Shown here: piece after piece, positions 27,860 to 37,478 of the stretch | Numbering within the stretch: position 1 is the stretch's first letter | Layout: every line of letters begins with the position of its first letter | Source of the DNA: Boseongicola sp. | Lineage (GTDB): Bacteria; Pseudomonadota; Alphaproteobacteria; Rhodobacterales; Rhodobacteraceae | Reading direction: 5' to 3' | Length of the DNA: 64,000 nucleotides | NCBI GenBank assembly: GCA_014075275.1 | Contig: CP046179.1 | Coordinates: forward strand, 503,932-567,931 | Made by a program: the position numbers and the translations under genes | Notes under the pieces: model-generated | What the model was told of the DNA's origin: nothing | Seen by the model: the letters and a program-made list of their open reading frames with translations, nothing else | The model's database searches: none

Positions 27860-29573
27860 AAATGTGGCGTTCGCGCTTGGCGCCGGGGTGGGTGCAGGCG
27901 CCTTCGCGAGCCGAGCCAACCAGTTGCGAATACTTCCAGAGCGCTCCGGAAGCGTAGATAGTTTCACGTGCGCCCGGCCAGGCAGCTTTGCGGGACGCTA
28001 ATTCATCATCGCTAAGGGCGACCGAAAGCTCACCTTTGACGGCATCGATAGTGATCACATCGCCGTTTTTCAGCAAAGCAATCGGGCCGCCATGGGCCGA
28101 TTCCGGGCCAACGTGGCCGACACAAAAGCCGCGGGTCGCCCCAGAAAAGCGCCCGTCGGTGATCAGGGCGACTTTTTTACCCATGCCCTGACCAGAAAGC
28201 GCAGCCGTGGTCGCGAGCATTTCGCGCATGCCTGGGCCGCCTGCCGGTCCTTCGTTGCGGATAACGATGACTTCGCCTTCTTCGTAGGCGCGCGCTTTCA
28301 CTGCTTCGAAAGCGTCTTCTTCGCATTCAAAAACCCGTGCAGGTCCAACGAAACGCTGGTCGTCTGCAGCGATACCCGCCACTTTTACGATTGCGCCTTC
28401 GGTGGCCAAATTGCCTTTCAAACCAACGACTCCGCCAGTTTCGGTGATTGGTGTCTCAATTGGGTAGATGACGCGGCCATCCGCGTTGCGGTCGATTTTG
28501 TCGAGTTCTTCGCCCATAGAATTGCCAGTGGCCGTAATGCAGTCTTCGTGGAACAGGCCAGCTTTGCGCAGCTCTTTCATCACCACCGGAACGCCGCCAG
28601 CTTCGTAGAGGTCTTTTGCAACATAATCGCCACCCGGTTTCAGGTTTACGAAATAGGGAGTATCACGGAAAATCTCGCAGACGTCGTCAAGGTTGAATTC
28701 GATCCCTGCTTCGTGAGCGATGGCGGGAAGGTGCAGGCCGGCGTTGGTTGAACCACCTGTGCAAGCCACGACACGCGCGGCGTTTTCCAGGGATTTCAGA
28801 GTAACCACATCGCGGGCGCGGATGTTTTTCTCGATCAGGTTCATGACAGCGGCGCCAGAGGCTTCGCCATATTGATCGCGGGATTCGTATGGGGCCGGTG
28901 CGCCGGATGAATTTGGCAAAGCAAGGCCGATTGCTTCGGACACACACGCCATCGTATTGGCAGTAAACTGGCCGCCGCAGGCACCAGCCGAGGGGCAGGC
29001 GACGCGTTCGAGAACGGCGAGTTGCTCGTCTGAATAGTTTCCAGCCTGGTGTTGGCCAACAGCCTCGAAGACATCCTGAACGGTGACGTCTTTCCCATCG
29101 AGGCGACCTGGCAATATCGATCCACCGTAAATGAAGACCGAAGGCACGTTCAGGCGCAACATTGCCATCATCATGCCGGGGAGAGATTTGTCGCAACCAG
29201 CGAGCCCAACCAGCGCATCGTAGCAGTGGCCGCGCATAGTCAATTCAACGGTATCAGCGATTGCATCGCGGCTGGCAAGCGATGAGCGCATGCCCTCGTG
29301 TCCCATTGCAATGCCGTCGGTTACAGTGATTGTTGTGAATTCACGAGGGGTGCCTTTGGCCGCTTTGACGCCCATTTTTACGGCTTGTGCCTGACGGTTC
29401 AGAGCTATGTTGCAAGGCGCAGCCTCGTTCCAGCAAGTTGCAACGCCAACCCAAGGCTGCGCAATTTCTTCTTCGTTGATGCCCATGGCGTAAAAATACG
29501 AGCGGTGCGGCGCGCGGGCCGGACCTTCGGTGACATGGCGGCTTGGGAGCCTTGATTTATCTATTTTGGTCAT
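27846..29573 (-). CDS. ilvD: Dihydroxy-acid dehydratase
   Basis: 575 aa. [29 protein letters not shown] and the rest align along the full length to the IlvD type. Confidence 0.97.
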   Translation of the reverse strand: MTKIDKSRLPSRHVTEGPARAPHRSYFYAMGINEEEIAQPWVGVATCWNEAAPCNIALNRQAQAVKMGVKAAKGTPREFTTITVTDGIAMGHEGMRSSLASRDAIADTVELTMRGHCYDALVGLAGCDKSLPGMMMAMLRLNVPSVFIYGGSILPGRLDGKDVTVQDVFEAVGQHQAGNYSDEQLAVLERVACPSAGACGGQFTANTMACVSEAIGLALPNSSGAPAPYESRDQYGEASGAAVMNLIEKNIRARDVVTLKSLENAARVVACTGGSTNAGLHLPAIAHEAGIEFNLDDVCEIFRDTPYFVNLKPGGDYVAKDLYEAGGVPVVMKELRKAGLFHEDCITATGNSMGEELDKIDRNADGRVIYPIETPITETGGVVGLKGNLATEGAIVKVAGIAADDQRFVGPARVFECEEDAFEAVKARAYEEGEVIVIRNEGPAGGPGMREMLATTAALSGQGMGKKVALITDGRFSGATRGFCVGHVGPESAHGGPIALLKNGDVITIDAVKGELSVALSDDELASRKAAWPGARETIYASGALWKYSQLVGSAREGACTHPGAKRERHIYADL

Positions 29574-29677
29574 GGGTTTCTGCCTTTGTCGGTCGCAACG
29601 GACGAAGGGATAGGCGAGCGAGCGCGCGGCGGCAAGGGTGACCAGGTCAGCAGAGGGGATTTTGTGCGGACTGAGCG

Positions 29678-30073
29678 TCAGCGGGAACGTGGTCGGCTTG
29701 AGAAAATCAGAGCCAGAAACAGGCTACCAAGCAACAAAATTGCGGTGGCGGGCAGCGGAACCGAGGGTATTCCCGGTGGGCTGGTTGGCGGAAGTTGAGA
29801 TGGTGGATCAGGGAATAAACTGTGTTGTCCAGGCGCTGCGAGGGCGTGATAGCATTTTCCGTTTTCGACGCATGTAGGCTTTCGCTGTAGGGGTTCGCCA
29901 CAGTCGCCAGTCAATGCGCATCTGGGGCGAACATGATCCGGCTGTTGCATCAATTTGTCGACGGTTAGCGATCCGCCAATATATTTGTTCGTGGAGAACG
30001 GGTTGCCATGCTCGGCCAACGAGGGGCCAGCGGCGAAACATAGAATGAAGGCAAGAGTCGCGCACATGTGCAT
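29678..30073 (-). CDS. Small secreted Cys-containing protein with VPLPA-CTERM-type sorting signal
   Basis: Signal peptide [20 protein letters not shown]. The C-terminus [27 protein letters not shown] is a VPLPA motif plus TM helix plus basic tail. RBS ggagaa precedes ATG 30073. Confidence 0.65.
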   Translation of the reverse strand: MHMCATLAFILCFAAGPSLAEHGNPFSTNKYIGGSLTVDKLMQQPDHVRPRCALTGDCGEPLQRKPTCVENGKCYHALAAPGQHSLFPDPPSQLPPTSPPGIPSVPLPATAILLLGSLFLALIFSSRPRSR

Positions 30074-30183
30074 GGGTCCGTTCTCCTTTCGCATGTTTAC
30101 GGACATCATGGTTAAAGAATTCTTACGACCGGAGTGAGCGTCACCGCGATTGACCTTGGGCGATGTCTGCATAGGTTGTCTGG

Positions 30184-31074
30184 ATGAGTTATCTTCGCTT
30201 TCAGCCGATGATCATTGATGCCTCGGCCAAACCTGCACCCTGGCGACTGATTGCTGGCATTGTAACGACATTCATTGTTCTGGCGATTTGGGTTTCATTC
30301 ATCGTGGCATTGGCCGCGATCCAGAAAGATTTGCCTTTTCAACAGGCTTTTTTCTGGATGTTGCAGGCAGGAGGCGAAACACCGCAATCTGCAATCACCA
30401 TTCTACTTCTCGTCGCGGGGTTGGGGTATGGCGCGCACGTTTCGGCCCGGATGTGGCACGGGCGCGATCTTCGTTCTTTGGCAGGAGCACCCGCTGTTGT
30501 CCTTCGTCATTTCTTTGTTGCGGTCGGTGTCAGTGGCCTCGTGACATTGGTTTTGGTCGGTTTCGCGATCAGCTTTATGGCCGATATTGAGCGCAACATG
30601 ACCTTTTCGGGGTGGTTCGTTTGGCTTCCGGCGGCGTTGTTGGCACTTCTCATTCAGACCGGGTCAGAAGAGTTGCTTTTTCGCGGGTATCTTCAATCGC
30701 AGTTGGCAGCGATATCGCAAAAGCCCATTGTTTGGATGGGATTGTCCGCACTGGCGTTTGGTTTGGTGCATTACAATCCAGGAGCTTCGGCCTCTGAAAG
30801 GTGGATCGTGATCGGCTATGCGACGATATTTGGTTTTCTGGCTTCTGATCTAACCGCAAGAACCGGAAGTATCGGTCCCGCCTGGGGATTTCACATGATA
30901 AATAACGTCAGTGGCTTGCTGATCATTGCGCCCGCCGCCGGGCCCAGTGGCCTTGGGCTTTGGCGTAGCGAGGCTGCATTGGACGACATGACGCTTCTGG
31001 TTCCCACGGTATTCATTCAACTATTGGCGACAATTTTAGTCTGGTGGATGATCCGGCGGGTCATTCAGGTGTGA
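30184..31074 (+). CDS. CPBP (CAAX-type) intramembrane glutamic endopeptidase
   Basis: Multi-TM protein with motifs SEELLFRGYLQS, FGLVH and HMINN, the three CPBP motifs. Confidence 0.8.
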   Translation: MSYLRFQPMIIDASAKPAPWRLIAGIVTTFIVLAIWVSFIVALAAIQKDLPFQQAFFWMLQAGGETPQSAITILLLVAGLGYGAHVSARMWHGRDLRSLAGAPAVVLRHFFVAVGVSGLVTLVLVGFAISFMADIERNMTFSGWFVWLPAALLALLIQTGSEELLFRGYLQSQLAAISQKPIVWMGLSALAFGLVHYNPGASASERWIVIGYATIFGFLASDLTARTGSIGPAWGFHMINNVSGLLIIAPAAGPSGLGLWRSEAALDDMTLLVPTVFIQLLATILVWWMIRRVIQV

Positions 31075-31142
31075 ACCTGTGATTGCATTCGACGCGCGCG
31101 GCAATTATCTGGGGTTAACGTTTTACGGCGACGGGCAGGCGC

Positions 31143-32090
31143 ATGAACTGGATTTCCAACTACGTTCGACCAAAAATCAACTCGCTCTTCTCGCGTCGAG
31201 AAGTTCCCGAGAACTTGTGGACCAAGTGTCCCGAGTGCGGGACCATGCTATTTCATCGCGAGTTGGCTGAAAATCTGAACGTTTGCACCAACTGCGATCA
31301 TCATATGGCAATCACACCGCGGGATCGGTTTCATGCGCTGTTTGATAATGGAATCTTCGTTGAAGTCGATGTGCCGGAACCAGTTGCCGACCCGTTGCAT
31401 TTTCGTGATCAGAAGAAGTATCCGGACCGTCTAAGGACTGCCCAGCGCACGCGCGGCGAAAAAGAAGCCATGTTGGTTGCGGAAGGCGAGATCGGGCGAA
31501 CACCGATTATTGCTGCCGGTCAGGACTTTAGCTTCATGGGTGGATCCATGGGCATGTATGTCGGCAACGCAATTATTGCCGCGGCGGAGCGTGCCGTTGA
31601 ACTGAAGCGTCCATTGGTGCTGTTTTCCGCGGCCGGCGGCGCAAGGATGCAAGAGGGCATTCTAAGCCTGATGCAAATGCCGCGTACAACCGTTGCCGTT
31701 GAAATGGTGCGCGACGCAGGTCTGCCCTATGTCGTTGTTCTAACGCATCCCACCACCGGTGGCGTTACTGCGTCTTATGCGATGCTGGGAGATGTCCATA
31801 TCTCTGAGCCGAATGCGCTGATCTGCTTTGCCGGTCCCCGGGTGATTGAACAGACAATCCGTGAAAAACTGCCTGATGGGTTCCAGCGGGCTGAGTATCT
31901 GCTGGATCACGGAATGCTGGACCGCGTGACGCCCCGCAACGAAATCAAGCATGAGCTTGTGACAATCATTCGCATGTTGACGGGGCAAACGCCGGCTGTT
32001 TTGGCCGATTTGCCATCACCCGAAGCGGTCGCGAAATCGGACGAAGCGGCGGAAGCCGTGGCAGAAAACCCGGAAAAGTCGGACGCCTGA
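31143..32090 (+). CDS. accD: Acetyl-CoA carboxylase carboxyltransferase beta subunit
   Basis: Zn-ribbon [26 protein letters not shown] and the downstream CT domain. Confidence 0.95.
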   Translation: MNWISNYVRPKINSLFSRREVPENLWTKCPECGTMLFHRELAENLNVCTNCDHHMAITPRDRFHALFDNGIFVEVDVPEPVADPLHFRDQKKYPDRLRTAQRTRGEKEAMLVAEGEIGRTPIIAAGQDFSFMGGSMGMYVGNAIIAAAERAVELKRPLVLFSAAGGARMQEGILSLMQMPRTTVAVEMVRDAGLPYVVVLTHPTTGGVTASYAMLGDVHISEPNALICFAGPRVIEQTIREKLPDGFQRAEYLLDHGMLDRVTPRNEIKHELVTIIRMLTGQTPAVLADLPSPEAVAKSDEAAEAVAENPEKSDA

Positions 32091-32183
32091 CGGTTTTCGG
32101 CGAGTTTGCTTCGCCAATTTGCCTTGACGTTTTGCCATTTCGCTTTGATGACGCTGGCAGGTTTTCTTTAGGAACTCTGGTTA

Positions 32184-33458
32184 ATGACGCACCAACGGTC
32201 TGACGCCATCCTTGAACGAATGATGGCGCTACACCCAAAGATCATTGATCTGACACTGGATCGCATGTGGCGGTGTCTTTCGGCTGTTGGCGATCCGCAT
32301 TTAAACGTTCCGCCCGTTATCCATGTTGCTGGGACGAACGGGAAGGGATCAACCCAAGCCATGATCCGTGCAGGCTTGGAAGCGTCCGGCAATAAAGTGC
32401 ACGCTTACACTTCGCCGCATCTGGCACGGTTTCATGAGCGCATTCGCGTGGCCGGAGAGATCATAAGCGAAGGGCGGCTGTCGGATCATCTGGACGAAGT
32501 TTATCACTCCAATGGTGGTGGTTCGATTACTTATTTCGAGATCACCACCGTTGCTGCGTTTCTGGCGTTTGCAAGAGAAGAGGCAGACTGGACATTGCTT
32601 GAGGTCGGTCTTGGGGGACGACACGATGCCACGAATGTTCTTGATAAGCCCGAGCTGACGATCATAACCAAAGTCGATTTGGACCATCAGCAGTTTCTTG
32701 GCGAAACGATCCCAGAGATCACTTACCAAAAGGCCGGTATCATCAAGCGCGGTGTGCCCGTTGTTGTCGGACCGCAGCATGAAGAGGCCATGGATGTAAT
32801 CGAGGCCGAAGCCCGGAAATTTGACGCGCCACTGATCGCTCATGGCCAACAGTGGCACGTTTGGGAAGAGCGCGGTCGGATGGTTTTTCAAGACGAAGGC
32901 GGTCTCGTCGACCTGCCCTTGCCGAACTTACGTGGACCGCATCAATTAGCGAATGCCGGCATGGCAGTTGCAGCATTGAGGCATTTGGGGTTCGGCGAAG
33001 ACGCCTGCGAAGGGGCGGTGACAAAGGCGTTCTGGCCTGCGCGCATGCAGCGATTGCGCCACGGCCCATTGATAGAGAGCGCACCCGAAGCTGAGCTTTG
33101 GCTGGACGGTGGACACAATCCGGCAGCAGGCCACGCTTTGGCGGAAACACTGGCCGGAATGCCTAAGCGAACGACGCATATGATCTGCGGGATGCTTTCA
33201 ACGAAAGATGTGTCGGGATATCTGGAGCCATTGGCGTCTCAGGCGCAATCACTTCATGCGGTGGCCATTCCCGGTGAAAGCGCGACGTTGCCGCCTGAGG
33301 AAACAGCAGAGGCGGCGGCAAGCGTGGGTATAGACGCAAAAATTGCCGGTTCAGTTGAAGAAGCGTTGGATGAGATCATAAAGGCCGACCCGTCGGCCCG
33401 GGTTTTGATCTGTGGATCGCTTTATCTGGCAGGAGCGGTGCTGCGGGAAAACGGCTAG
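32184..33458 (+). CDS. folC: Bifunctional folylpolyglutamate synthase/dihydrofolate synthase
   Basis: HVAGTNGKGST P-loop and Mur-ligase-like architecture. The accD-folC linkage is common. Confidence 0.9.
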   Translation: MTHQRSDAILERMMALHPKIIDLTLDRMWRCLSAVGDPHLNVPPVIHVAGTNGKGSTQAMIRAGLEASGNKVHAYTSPHLARFHERIRVAGEIISEGRLSDHLDEVYHSNGGGSITYFEITTVAAFLAFAREEADWTLLEVGLGGRHDATNVLDKPELTIITKVDLDHQQFLGETIPEITYQKAGIIKRGVPVVVGPQHEEAMDVIEAEARKFDAPLIAHGQQWHVWEERGRMVFQDEGGLVDLPLPNLRGPHQLANAGMAVAALRHLGFGEDACEGAVTKAFWPARMQRLRHGPLIESAPEAELWLDGGHNPAAGHALAETLAGMPKRTTHMICGMLSTKDVSGYLEPLASQAQSLHAVAIPGESATLPPEETAEAAASVGIDAKIAGSVEEALDEIIKADPSARVLICGSLYLAGAVLRENG

Positions 33459-33552
33459 TCGCCGAGCGTCGCATAAAGAAATAACCCCCTGACAACTTGC
33501 TATCGCTGGGTTGTGAGCGTAGCAGATATTTCGAGCAACGCTGGGGGTCCCT

Positions 33553-34401
33553 ATGACCGATGATCCGAAAACCCTTGTCTCGACAGATTGGCTGGCAAGC
33601 CATCTGAAAGATCCGGATTTGCGTATTTTTGACGCCTCCTGGTACCTGCCTGGCGACGAGCGGGATCCCAAGGTTGACTATGAGGCTGCGCACATTCCGG
33701 GAGCGCGGTTTTTCGATATCGATGAAATTTGCGATCTGCGGTCCGAGATGCCTCATATGGTGCCTCCGCCGGAGAAATTCATCAGCCGGATGCGGGCGAT
33801 GGGCGTTGGTGATGGACATCAGGTCGTTGTCTATGACGGCGATGGTTTGTTTTCTGCCGCGCGCGTTTGGTGGTTGTTTCGGTTGTTTGGAAAGACCGAT
33901 ATCGCGGTATTGGATGGTGGTTTCCCCAAATGGGTGGCTGAGGGTCGAGAAACCCAAGACATGCCACCCGTCATGCGGGATCGTCACATCACTGTCGCCA
34001 AGCAGAACCATTTGGTGCGCGATGTTACGCAGGTGGCTTCGGCATCGAAATTGGGTGACCACGAGATCATTGATGCCCGTGCCCCAGGACGGTTCCGCGG
34101 TGAAGCCCCCGAGCCTCGTCCGGGTTTGCGGTCGGGCCGGATACCGGGTTCGAAGAATGTATTTTTCAAGGATTTGCTAAAACCCGACGGCACATTGAAG
34201 ACGCCCGAAGAAACCCGCGTTGTATTCCAGGCGGCTGGCGTTGATCTGAGCAAGCCCGCAATTACGTCCTGCGGGTCAGGTGTGACGGCGGCAATTTTGA
34301 GTTTGGCTCTGGAGCGAATGGGGCATCGGCAGCACTCGCTTTATGATGGGTCTTGGTCGGAATGGGGTATGTATGACGATCTGAAGGTAGAAACCGGATG
34401 A
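33553..34401 (+). CDS. sseA: 3-mercaptopyruvate sulfurtransferase (tandem rhodanese)
   Basis: VSTDWLASHL...IFDASWYLP...HIPGARFFDI and active-site CGSGVTA. Confidence 0.9.
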   Translation: MTDDPKTLVSTDWLASHLKDPDLRIFDASWYLPGDERDPKVDYEAAHIPGARFFDIDEICDLRSEMPHMVPPPEKFISRMRAMGVGDGHQVVVYDGDGLFSAARVWWLFRLFGKTDIAVLDGGFPKWVAEGRETQDMPPVMRDRHITVAKQNHLVRDVTQVASASKLGDHEIIDARAPGRFRGEAPEPRPGLRSGRIPGSKNVFFKDLLKPDGTLKTPEETRVVFQAAGVDLSKPAITSCGSGVTAAILSLALERMGHRQHSLYDGSWSEWGMYDDLKVETG

Positions 34402-34964
34402 CACTACAGACGGCGGGCACCGAAATTTCCTATACAATCACTTATCTTGAGATGGACGAACGCCCTGATTGGGATTGGCCGCATTTGCCCGCAGGCGCTC
34501 AGGTGTCCCTGTTGAAAGCTGATGATCCGCCGGTTTGGTATTTTCTTTCTCTTTATGATGCAGTGGGGCGTGATTTGGCGTGGGAAGACATTCACAACTG
34601 GGAGCATAAACAGCTACAGGAATGGCTTCACCAAGGTGCGATGAATTTGTGGACATTGACCGGCAATGGTTGGCCGCACGGGTTCTTCATGCTGGAAGAC
34701 AAAAGCGACGGAGTGAGCGATCTGGCCTATTTTGGCATGGTTCCCGAGGCAATTGGCCGTGGGCTGGGAAGTTGGCTGTTGCGAACCGCCGTGCTGACCG
34801 CCTGGGATCGCGAGGGCACTCAGAAGATGACTTTGAATACGTGCACACTGGATCATCCGCGTGCATTGGCGATGTATCAAAAGGTGGGTTTTACGCCCGT
34901 GCGTCGTGAAGAAAAAAGCCGTATGCTGACACGCGACCGCGATCTGTCGCGCATTCCATCCTAA
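34398..34964 (+). CDS. GNAT family N-acetyltransferase
   Basis: 188 aa. GMVPEAIGRGLGSWLL and YQKVGF are GNAT motifs. 4-nt overlap with sseA. Confidence 0.75.
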   Translation: MTLQTAGTEISYTITYLEMDERPDWDWPHLPAGAQVSLLKADDPPVWYFLSLYDAVGRDLAWEDIHNWEHKQLQEWLHQGAMNLWTLTGNGWPHGFFMLEDKSDGVSDLAYFGMVPEAIGRGLGSWLLRTAVLTAWDREGTQKMTLNTCTLDHPRALAMYQKVGFTPVRREEKSRMLTRDRDLSRIPS

Positions 34965-34974
34965 GGACACTTCG

Positions 34975-36159
34975 ATGCTGACCAACCTTAAGCCGCAACC
35001 CGCTGACAAAATCCTTGCTTTGATGCAAATGTTTCGCGAGGACCCGCGTGAAAACAAGGTCGATCTGGGAGTTGGCGTTTACAAGAACGCCGAAGGCGTG
35101 ACGCCTGTCATGCGGGCCGTAAAGGCTGCTGAGCGTCGATTGGTCGAAACGCAGGAAACTAAAGCCTACACCGGACTTGCCGGCGACCCGGCGTTTGCGT
35201 CGGCGATGCAAGACCTAATCCTTGGCGACAGCGTTGATCGCGACCGTATTGCTGCTGTGGCTACGCCGGGCGGCACGGGTGCGGTGCGACAGGGGCTTGA
35301 GTTGATGCAATACGCCGACAAGGCATCCTCGATCTGGCTGTCCAACCCCACCTGGCCAAACCATCCATCCATTGTCAAATATCTGGGCGTTCCGATGCGT
35401 GAGTATCGGTATTTTGATAACGACAGCCGTGGCGTTGATTTCGACGGCATGATGGAAGACCTGAAGTCGGTGAAATCCGGTGATTTGGTGCTGCTGCATG
35501 GGTGTTGTCACAACCCGACCGGCGCAAACCTGACCCCTGTTCAGTGGCAGGCGGTTGTCGCGTTGCTTGAACAAACCGGTGCTGTTCCGTTCATCGATAT
35601 TGCCTATCAGGGATTTGGCGACGGCTTGGAACGGGACGCCTATGGTATGCGTCTGGTCGTGTCGAGATTGCCGGAGGTCATAATCGCGGCCAGTTGTTCC
35701 AAGAATTTTGGTGTTTACCGCGAACGTACCGGGCTGTTGATGGCAATTGCGCCGGATGCGTCTTCGAAGATGTCCTCGCAAGCCACTTTGGCGTTCCTCA
35801 ATCGGCAGAACTATTCCTTTCCTCCGGACCACGGTGCTCGTGTTGTGCAGACCATTCTGGATGATCCCGCACTGCGTGCCGATTGGCAGGCCGAGTTGGA
35901 AGACGTGCGCGAAGGCATGTTGAAACTGCGCACGCATTTGGCAGAAACGCTGCGTCAGCGCACAAACTCAGACCGTTTCGATTTTATTGCCGACCACCGT
36001 GGGATGTTCTCGCGTCTTGGAGCTTCGGCAGAGCAGGTTGTTGAAATGCGTGAGAAATTCGGGATTTATATGATTGGCGACAGCCGTATGAACATCGCCG
36101 GGCTAAACGAGGCAACCGTGCCTGTCTTGGCTGATGCAATAGTCGCAACCGGAGTCTGA
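34975..36159 (+). CDS. Aromatic-amino-acid/aspartate aminotransferase (class I, AspC/TyrB type)
   Basis: KVDLGVGVYKNAEG, CCHNPTGANL and SCSKNFGVYRERTG (PLP lysine region). Confidence 0.9.
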   Translation: MLTNLKPQPADKILALMQMFREDPRENKVDLGVGVYKNAEGVTPVMRAVKAAERRLVETQETKAYTGLAGDPAFASAMQDLILGDSVDRDRIAAVATPGGTGAVRQGLELMQYADKASSIWLSNPTWPNHPSIVKYLGVPMREYRYFDNDSRGVDFDGMMEDLKSVKSGDLVLLHGCCHNPTGANLTPVQWQAVVALLEQTGAVPFIDIAYQGFGDGLERDAYGMRLVVSRLPEVIIAASCSKNFGVYRERTGLLMAIAPDASSKMSSQATLAFLNRQNYSFPPDHGARVVQTILDDPALRADWQAELEDVREGMLKLRTHLAETLRQRTNSDRFDFIADHRGMFSRLGASAEQVVEMREKFGIYMIGDSRMNIAGLNEATVPVLADAIVATGV

Positions 36160-36165
36160 CCGGAG

Positions 36166-36420
36166 TCAAAGACCATGCACTTGGCACTTTAGGGCAGATC
36201 TGACCGGTCCGGGGATCGGAATTTTGGTGCCCTGAGTGTCGATAAAGAAACCGGTCTTGGCGGCAGCTTCCAGTTTGGATTTGTCTGATAGAAATTGATT
36301 ATTGCGGTCGCGTGTTGAATTATTGCTATGACTGCAATGGTTATCGAGCAGGTACCTCCACTTTGCCCAATCCAGGAGCTTCAGCAAGTTTGATCTGGCT
36401 GGTTCGGTTGCTGTGTCCAT
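36166..36420 (-). CDS. Hypothetical small protein (doubtful)
   Basis: 84-aa ORF divergent from a LysR gene, in AT-richer DNA. No recognisable motif. Confidence 0.25.
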   Translation of the reverse strand: MDTATEPARSNLLKLLDWAKWRYLLDNHCSHSNNSTRDRNNQFLSDKSKLEAAAKTGFFIDTQGTKIPIPGPVRSALKCQVHGL

Positions 36421-36504
36421 GGGTGTCGTCCCTGTTGAAGTTTTCTTTCGCTAAATTGTATGACGCATAGTCTTATTGATAAATACGATAGAGTAGATAT
36501 ATTT

Positions 36505-36521
36505 TATCGAATTAATCGATA
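36505..36521. promoter_or_regulatory. Candidate LysR box (ATC-N9-GAT dyad)
   Basis: TATCGA-attaa-TCGATA inverted repeat, 23 nt upstream of LysR ATG 36544. Confidence 0.35.
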
Positions 36522-36543
36522 ACGAAGATTGCGAGGTTTGAGA

Positions 36544-37467
36544 ATGTTGGGCGCTGATTTTCTCAATCTTGATTTTGCGGCACTAAGAACACTTCGCACG
36601 GTTTACCGTTTGAACTCGTTTTCGGCGGCAGCTCAAGAACTAGGCGTCAATCAGTCGACGATCAGTTACACGATTGAGCGGCTAAGACGTGCCTTCGACG
36701 ACAGGCTATTCGTCCGTCAGGGCTCGGCTATTGTGCCGACGTCGCGGTGCAGTGCGATGATGGCAGATATCGATCACATCTGGACTGAAGCAGAAAGAGT
36801 TGCGGAACCGCAGAGTTTTGATCCGTCCGCCATGACAGGCAGTTTTACCATTATGGCAACGTTTCTGAGCCGAGCAGCAATAATGCCTAGGGTTGCGAGA
36901 AAAATTGCGGGTGCTGCGCCTGATTTGCATATTAAATTGGTGTCTGGTTTTGCTTCGGCGCGAGATGAATTGTTGAAAGGACGGATCGATATTGCCCTGA
37001 CGCCGATCGAGATCGACGACAGCGGAGTGTATCGCCAGAACCTACTGACGGACCAGTATGCTTGCGCCATCAACGGTCAGAATGATCTTGCAACACAAGA
37101 ATTTGGCCTGAAAGAATACGCAAATGCGCGGCACTTAGTCGTTAACTATGGGCCCTCATGGCAACCGCTTTATCTTAAGAAATTGAAAGAGCAGGGCTTG
37201 GATGTGAAGGTTGCGTTCACTACTGGCGATCCTGCGGACATTCCGCACCTTTTGCAGGGCAGTGACATGATTTCGACCGTTCCATCTTGGATTGCGCGTC
37301 AGTTTCCACAGTCGATTGCGGTGCGTCCTTGTCCGGTTTTGGCAAAGACAGAAATCAAAATGTACTGGACGGCAGGCGCGGACAGATCGCCTATCTCGAT
37401 GTGGATTCGCAATCTTATCGCGACATCCGTTCAGGAAATGTCGCAAGAGTTTTCAGAGCTGACTTAG
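36544..37467 (+). CDS. LysR family transcriptional regulator
   Basis: LDFAALRTLRTVYRLNSFSAAAQELGVNQSTISYTIERLR is a LysR HTH. Confidence 0.85.
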   Translation: MLGADFLNLDFAALRTLRTVYRLNSFSAAAQELGVNQSTISYTIERLRRAFDDRLFVRQGSAIVPTSRCSAMMADIDHIWTEAERVAEPQSFDPSAMTGSFTIMATFLSRAAIMPRVARKIAGAAPDLHIKLVSGFASARDELLKGRIDIALTPIEIDDSGVYRQNLLTDQYACAINGQNDLATQEFGLKEYANARHLVVNYGPSWQPLYLKKLKEQGLDVKVAFTTGDPADIPHLLQGSDMISTVPSWIARQFPQSIAVRPCPVLAKTEIKMYWTAGADRSPISMWIRNLIATSVQEMSQEFSELT

Positions 37468-37478
37468 GTCGTGCGCGA

